Of a DNA stretch of 64,000 nucleotides, positions 62,626 to 64,000 are shown one piece after another. Position numbers and translations under genes: made by a program. A model generated the notes under the pieces. That model ran no database searches and had not been told where the DNA came from. It saw only the letters and a list, made by a program, of their open reading frames with translations. Every line of letters begins with the position of its first letter. The stretch's first letter is position 1. The stretch spans positions 160,001 to 224,000 of the IMG/VR virus record IMGVR_UViG_3300021400_000034. The stretch is one strand, 5' to 3'. The stretch comes from a virus (taxonomy: Duplodnaviria > Caudoviricetes).

Positions 62626-64000
62626 ATGGCAATTTGGACTAGCAAAGATGCAGTAGAGTGCTTCAGAAGCGCAGACAGCATCAGAAACATGTATAAGAAG
62701 CGCTTCATGGGATTGACGCTCTCAGTTCTGGGCAAGAGCGAGAAGCTGAAAGGCGTCGATCCTATGAAGATCAAGAAAGAGAATCTCCAAGAGGCATTCG
62801 ACGGTCTCAAGGACTTCGAGATCTACGACAAGCTCGGATCTACTGACGCGGCTATCAGAGTCGCAGTCGTCAACTCGATCGCGAAAGAAGGTCCAGACAA
62901 GGGAAAGTTCAACTATGCTAACCTTGACAAGCAGATCAAAGGAAAGGACATCAACGACAAGTTCGTAGCCGAGATCTCGAAAGATCCTTCATACGCTAAG
63001 ACGAAAGAACAGCTCGACAAGCTCTGCGACGAAGGCGAGCAGGAAGCGAAGAAGGAGATCGCTAAAGGCGAGAAGATCGAATTCTCTGATCTAGACAAGC
63101 GCATGCTAGAGAACTCGCTCGGAAAAGACAGCGCTACCGCTGCACTGAACGCTGCATCTCAGTACGTGACCTGGAAGAAAGTCGAAGAGACTGGCGCACT
63201 AGACGCTATGAAGGGCACTAAGCAGGGCAGCAAGTTCTGGAGCGACGACGAGAAGTATCACGACTGGACGGACATGGCGGCAAAGACTAAAGATGCTGCA
63301 TACAACAGCGTCATGGGCGCTGAGACGAACATTCTCACTGCGCCACTCAAGATTTTCTTCTTCGGCCTACACGAGCTTCTCAATCCTAACTCGTTCTTCC
63401 GTAGAAACGTTCTAGGAAAGCTCATCAAGAACATCAAGAACGTCAAGAGCAACAAAGAAGCTCAGGAAGAGTACAAGAAGATGGGTCTAGCCATCGAAGG
63501 AATGGAAGGAGAAGGAAGCCAAGAAGAGCAGAGCGCAGAAGGACAGAAGAAGACAGTCACTAAGGCCGTCAAAGAGATCCAGCGTGAGCTCATGAAAGGC
63601 TACGACTTCAAGAAAGACATGGAGTTCCTAGGCGCTGAGCCTGGCAAAGAAGAACAGCCTCAGGAAGAGGAGAAAGAGCAGCAGCCGACTCAGAAAGCTG
63701 AGTCGTGGATCAGAGAAGCTGACGGAGATCAGCAGAATCAGACCAACGTGGACGCTGCAGCAGACGCTGGTGAGGACGAGAAAGAAGAGGAACCGAAGCA
63801 AGAGCAGCCTAAAGAAGAGAAGAAAGAAGACGGTCCGTCTATCGAAGAGATCCAAGACACGGTCTCTGCAGTAGTTCTACGATACAACTGCTTGATATAC
63901 ATTCTCATGAGAGCTTTTGCTGGCGCTTACGGTCACGACGAGGCGTTCAAGATATTCAGCTTCCATCCGTTCACTATCTCTAAGAACGACGAAGAGACAC
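62626..64000 (+). CDS. Large late protein, partial (runs off the window; missing from the ORF track)
   Basis: GAGGA RBS, ATG 62626 (MAIWTSKDAVECF...), no stop to window end. Confidence 0.8.
   Translation, partial: MAIWTSKDAVECFRSADSIRNMYKKRFMGLTLSVLGKSEKLKGVDPMKIKKENLQEAFDGLKDFEIYDKLGSTDAAIRVAVVNSIAKEGPDKGKFNYANLDKQIKGKDINDKFVAEISKDPSYAKTKEQLDKLCDEGEQEAKKEIAKGEKIEFSDLDKRMLENSLGKDSATAALNAASQYVTWKKVEETGALDAMKGTKQGSKFWSDDEKYHDWTDMAAKTKDAAYNSVMGAETNILTAPLKIFFFGLHELLNPNSFFRRNVLGKLIKNIKNVKSNKEAQEEYKKMGLAIEGMEGEGSQEEQSAEGQKKTVTKAVKEIQRELMKGYDFKKDMEFLGAEPGKEEQPQEEEKEQQPTQKAESWIREADGDQQNQTNVDAAADAGEDEKEEEPKQEQPKEEKKEDGPSIEEIQDTVSAVVLRYNCLIYILMRAFAGAYGHDEAFKIFSFHPFTISKNDEET

Noticed and set aside
1-64000. 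Alternative genetic code
   Set aside because: TAA, TAG and TGA all end full-length conserved genes, coupled to downstream starts
1-64000. CRISPR array, tRNA, rRNA or reverse transcriptase/DGR
   Set aside because: No regularly spaced repeats, cloverleaf or RT motifs noticed by eye; intergenic gaps are short

Overview
Gene-dense 64-kb segment of a large T4-like myovirus, probably infecting an anaerobe (class III RNR). It encodes T4-type replication genes (UvsX, gp41 helicase, gp32 SSB, gp61 primase, two topoisomerase II subunits, probable gp33/gp59), late sigma gp55, packaging and head genes (TerS, N-terminal half of TerL, portal, gp4, gp2, scaffold, major capsid), tail/neck genes (gp6, gp19, gp13, gp14), auxiliary genes (GroES, IF1, SpoVG, NrdD/NrdH, three glycosyltransferases, MoxR AAA + vWA), a fragmented restriction-modification-like cassette, about 12 sigma70-type TTTA(G/C)A-N16-17-TATATT promoters and many TATAAATA late promoters. 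Most notable: (1) TerL ends in a 32-aa split-intein N-fragment, and a homing-endonuclease cassette appears to have inserted at the intein Cys1 codon carrying its own replacement copy, leaving an 18/32-identical copy stranded directly behind the endonuclease stop; (2) three 3'-UTRs (uvsX, SSB, AAA ATPase) carry exact 10-13 nt reverse complements of phage ribosome-binding sites, two of them in ~24-nt hairpin loops, suggesting an anti-RBS translational control system; (3) a class of apparently leaderless late genes; (4) strong Ser-Ala/Ser-Gly enrichment in virion proteins alongside phage glycosyltransferases. All assignments come from motif recognition by eye; no database searches were run.
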